A stretch of 63,236 bases of DNA, filler included, from Craspedostauros australis (Eukaryota): the NCBI GenBank assembly GCA_030167865.1. It is 8 parts of 8 records of this genome, joined end to end, with 100 filler letters (N's around TTAATTAATTAA, not from the genome) between each part and the next. Parts side by side here need not be neighbours in the genome. Positions count along the whole stretch, not along the records: positions 60,076 to 63,236 come from JALAGF010006686.1; 7 more parts are not named here. One strand, written 5' to 3'. A program made the translations under genes and the position numbers. Under the pieces are notes generated by a model that made no database searches, was not told where the DNA came from, and saw only the letters and a list, made by a program, of their open reading frames with translations. Shown piece by piece: positions 60,502 to 63,236 of this stretch (its first letter is position 1; every line of letters begins with the position of its first letter).

Positions 60502-61606
60502 GCATCAACAGCGTTCGCCCCAACAAATAACTGTTTTGCGAAAGGAGGAAAGGCGTATCGGGTCAGCTTTGAACGTGTTGGGCGCATGGTCCCAGCGCAG
60601 AAGAATANGTACCAGCGAACTTGGGTCTCGCCAACCAAGTACAAGCACCTTCCTGATCCCAACAAAATCTCTCGTGTGAAGGGTGAACTGTACTTCCAGC
60701 CACTGGAGATCACAGGCAGCAAGGAAACAGATGGTCGTCATGATAAGCCCAAGCCAAAATACAGCCTCAAGAAATTCTTCCGCGAAAAAGAAATCCCCGC
60801 ACTGGATTCGCTCGCCAACAAAATCAAGGCCGAAACGGGCAAGAACGTGGTGATTCGGTACCAGATGGATGGCGCAGGGCCACACAGAGACACGGAACTA
60901 CTCAGATTCATCAACGAGGAGTTCAACAGTCGTGGATGGCATCTACGATTCCAACCATCAAATTCTCCCATCACGAATGTGAAAGACGATGCGATATTCC
61001 CAGCAATGTCGAAACACGTGTCAGCACATCAAGGTAAGCACTACAGGAGTCGCATGTTCACCACTGAGGCGTTGTGGGGTGCTTGCAAAACCTGTTGGGA
61101 GCAATTTGGGCTGGACAAGGTGGCGCGTGCGTATGTTCGCCACCATCAGATCGCCTACGCAATTTGTGCTGCGAAAGGAGGTGACGAATTTGTGACGGAG
61201 CGCAAGGGACTGAGCATGAACGTGCGGAAACAAACGTTCACTGAAACTGACAAGGACGGCAACGACATCGGCGTTACTGTGTGTCACACGGACTTCGCGT
61301 TGGAGGAGGAGGAGGTAACCAACGCGACCACCAAGAAGCCAACCGCAACAGGCAACAAAGGCAAATCAGATGGCTTCAAGTACGCCAAGCCCGACATCAA
61401 AGGTATGTACGATGATGCGCTCAAGGTGATGGCTGTCAGTGGACTGCAGTGCCTGAAAACGAACCTGCGAACAACCAGCAGCCTCATTCCNNNNNNNNNN
61501 NNNNNNNNNNNNNNNNNNNNNNNNNNNNNNNNNNNNNNNNNNNNNNNNNNNNNNNNNNNNNNNAAGAAGACGCCCAGCAAGAGCAAAGCCGAGATCATTG
61601 AGCCTC

Positions 61607-61660
<54 letters not shown>

Positions 61661-61990
61661 CCAAGGCAGCACCCACCATGAACACATTCGAAGTGGCCAT
61701 GTTCGTTGGCAAGACCGAGCATCACAGCAAAGCAGAGGAGGATACCAACACAGCAGAGNNNNNNNNNNNNNNNNNNNNNNNNNNNNNNNNNNNNNNNNNN
61801 NNNNNNNNGGTGATGGCTGTCAGTGGACTGCAGTGCCTGAAAACGAACCTGCGAACAACCAGCAGCCTCATTCCATTGCTGGAGAAGCAAATTGTTGCGA
61901 CAACCAGAGCCAATGAGGAGGCTGAGCAACAGAAGAAAGGCAAGAAAAAGAAGACGCCCAGCAAGAGCAAAGCCGAGATCATTGAGCCTC

Positions 61991-62044
<54 letters not shown>

Positions 62045-62148
62045 CCAAGGCAGCACCCACCATGAACACATTCGAAGTGGCCATGTTCGTTGGCAAGACC
62101 GAGCATCACAGCAAAGCAGAGGAGGATACCAACACAGCAGAGATGTAA
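60502..62148 (+). pseudogene. Tc1/mariner-superfamily transposase, 5'-truncated
   Basis: QMDGAGPH...FQPSNSPITNVKDDAIF, LWGACKTCWE, KGGDEF; the frame is open back to the repeat junction at 60501; the C-terminal part is duplicated across an N gap. Confidence 0.82.
61609..62043. repeat. (AAC)17 microsatellite present twice (61609-61659, 61993-62043) in a gap-flanking duplication
   Basis: Direct count; identical flanks. Confidence 0.9.
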
Positions 62149-62849
62149 CTGCAAGTCGAAGTATTATTATTATATGTTTTAGGCACACCTGTGATTGGAG
62201 TGTTTGTGTGCGCATCGTCTGCTTGATGGCATGGAGGATTGTGATGTGATGTGTTGTGTTTGGGTTTTTTGTGTTTTGTGATGAGTGAGGTAATTTTTGC
62301 CACGAGGACCGTTATTTTTGTGTTGTGGATGGTGTGCGTTGTGTTGCGGCGCAACTGGTGTGTGCTGCGCAGCCATCACGTTGTGTCGTGAAGCAAGGCC
62401 CACGTGCTGCGAGACGCACTCACGTCTTGTGTTGTGAGTGGTTTCGCATGACGTCGAATCCGTCCTGTGACGTACAAGACGGATCATGGAGGGACAACAC
62501 GAAATAGCTCTAAATGTACAATCGCCGTTGCTCCCAAAAGCAAGCAAACCAGTGGCAACAAGGGGCCAGAAGGGGCCAAAAACTCTACAACTAGCGTTAT
62601 CGTTTGGGGTATTTTACATTCTCTGCAGGTCGTACCGCACAAAGCACGAGTAGTAGGATCCTCACTGAGCAAATGACCGCTGGTTGTGCAAATCAAGTCG
62701 TGCGAAAACACGAGTAAACAACAACACAACAATGACGCGCAACTTCCGTTGTTCCACTGCAAAAGCTCATAATATCCATCCACCCTCCATCCCATTGCAG
62801 ACGACCTATTATACTCCATTGCATTGCATTGCATTAGACTTCCGCAGCC

Positions 62850-63236
62850 ATGTCAAGCCCCACCGAAGCCGACGAGGAACTGCCCATCGTGTATGCCAAT
62901 GCCAAGATCATCCACAACGAGGAAGACCCTGAGTCACAAGCAGCAGTACAAGCAGAACCAGAACCAGCAGAAGTAACAGAAGCAGCACCAACAACAGAAC
63001 CAGAACCAACAACAGAAGCAGAAGTAGCAACAGAGGCAGCAGAAGAGACGCAAGATGCTGCTGCTGCGACAGAAGAGTCCGCGAACAACGCGCAATCCTC
63101 CCCCGAAGTCCCCGAGGTGGTGGCAGAGGCGCTCCTCGTCCAGCAGGACAGCCTGGCCTCCGAGACCCCCCTCGCCACCATATCGCCCATCGAACACAAC
63201 AACAACGACGAAGCCCTGACGCACGCCGTCATGTCC
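62850..63236 (+). CDS. 5' part of an acidic Glu/Ala/Thr/Pro-rich protein running off the window
   Basis: GCCATG start, then 129 stop-free codons (MSSPTEADEELPIVYANAKII...); absent from the ORF track because no stop is reached. Confidence 0.65.
   Translation, partial: MSSPTEADEELPIVYANAKIIHNEEDPESQAAVQAEPEPAEVTEAAPTTEPEPTTEAEVATEAAEETQDAAAATEESANNAQSSPEVPEVVAEALLVQQDSLASETPLATISPIEHNNNDEALTHAVMS

Noticed and set aside
61428..62143. Tandem duplication of the mariner C-terminus
   Set aside because: Identical copies flank a ~50-N gap, like 31647/31714, 32941/33041 and 35008/35141; these are unmerged scaffold overlaps

Overview
Eukaryotic, almost certainly diatom (stramenopile) draft-genome sequence. 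It is not one locus: seven identical artificial linkers (44 N + TTAATTAATTAA + 44 N) split it into eight separately assembled pieces, so adjacency across linkers carries no meaning. Host genes: (i) a tandem pair of long-chain-polyamine-type fusion genes. One is a signal peptide-SET-aminopropyltransferase-(inactive AdoMetDC)x2 gene with a 167-nt intron, and the upstream paralogue is cut by a transposon. (ii) A cytochrome P450. (iii) A secreted Cys-rich CX5C/PTSAP-repeat protein. (iv) A plastid-targeted DUF1995 protein, a fucosyltransferase-like protein, a helical membrane-anchored protein and the start of an acidic protein. Much of the rest is repeats: a complete Sola3-like DNA transposon (159-bp TIRs, CTAT TSD), piggyBac and mariner remnants, several Ty1/copia pieces and LTRs in nested arrangements, an ACTAGT-associated transposon seen as both filled and empty sites, an ~8.2-kb 181-bp satellite and a 65-bp minisatellite. 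All calls come from reading motifs by eye; no searches were run.
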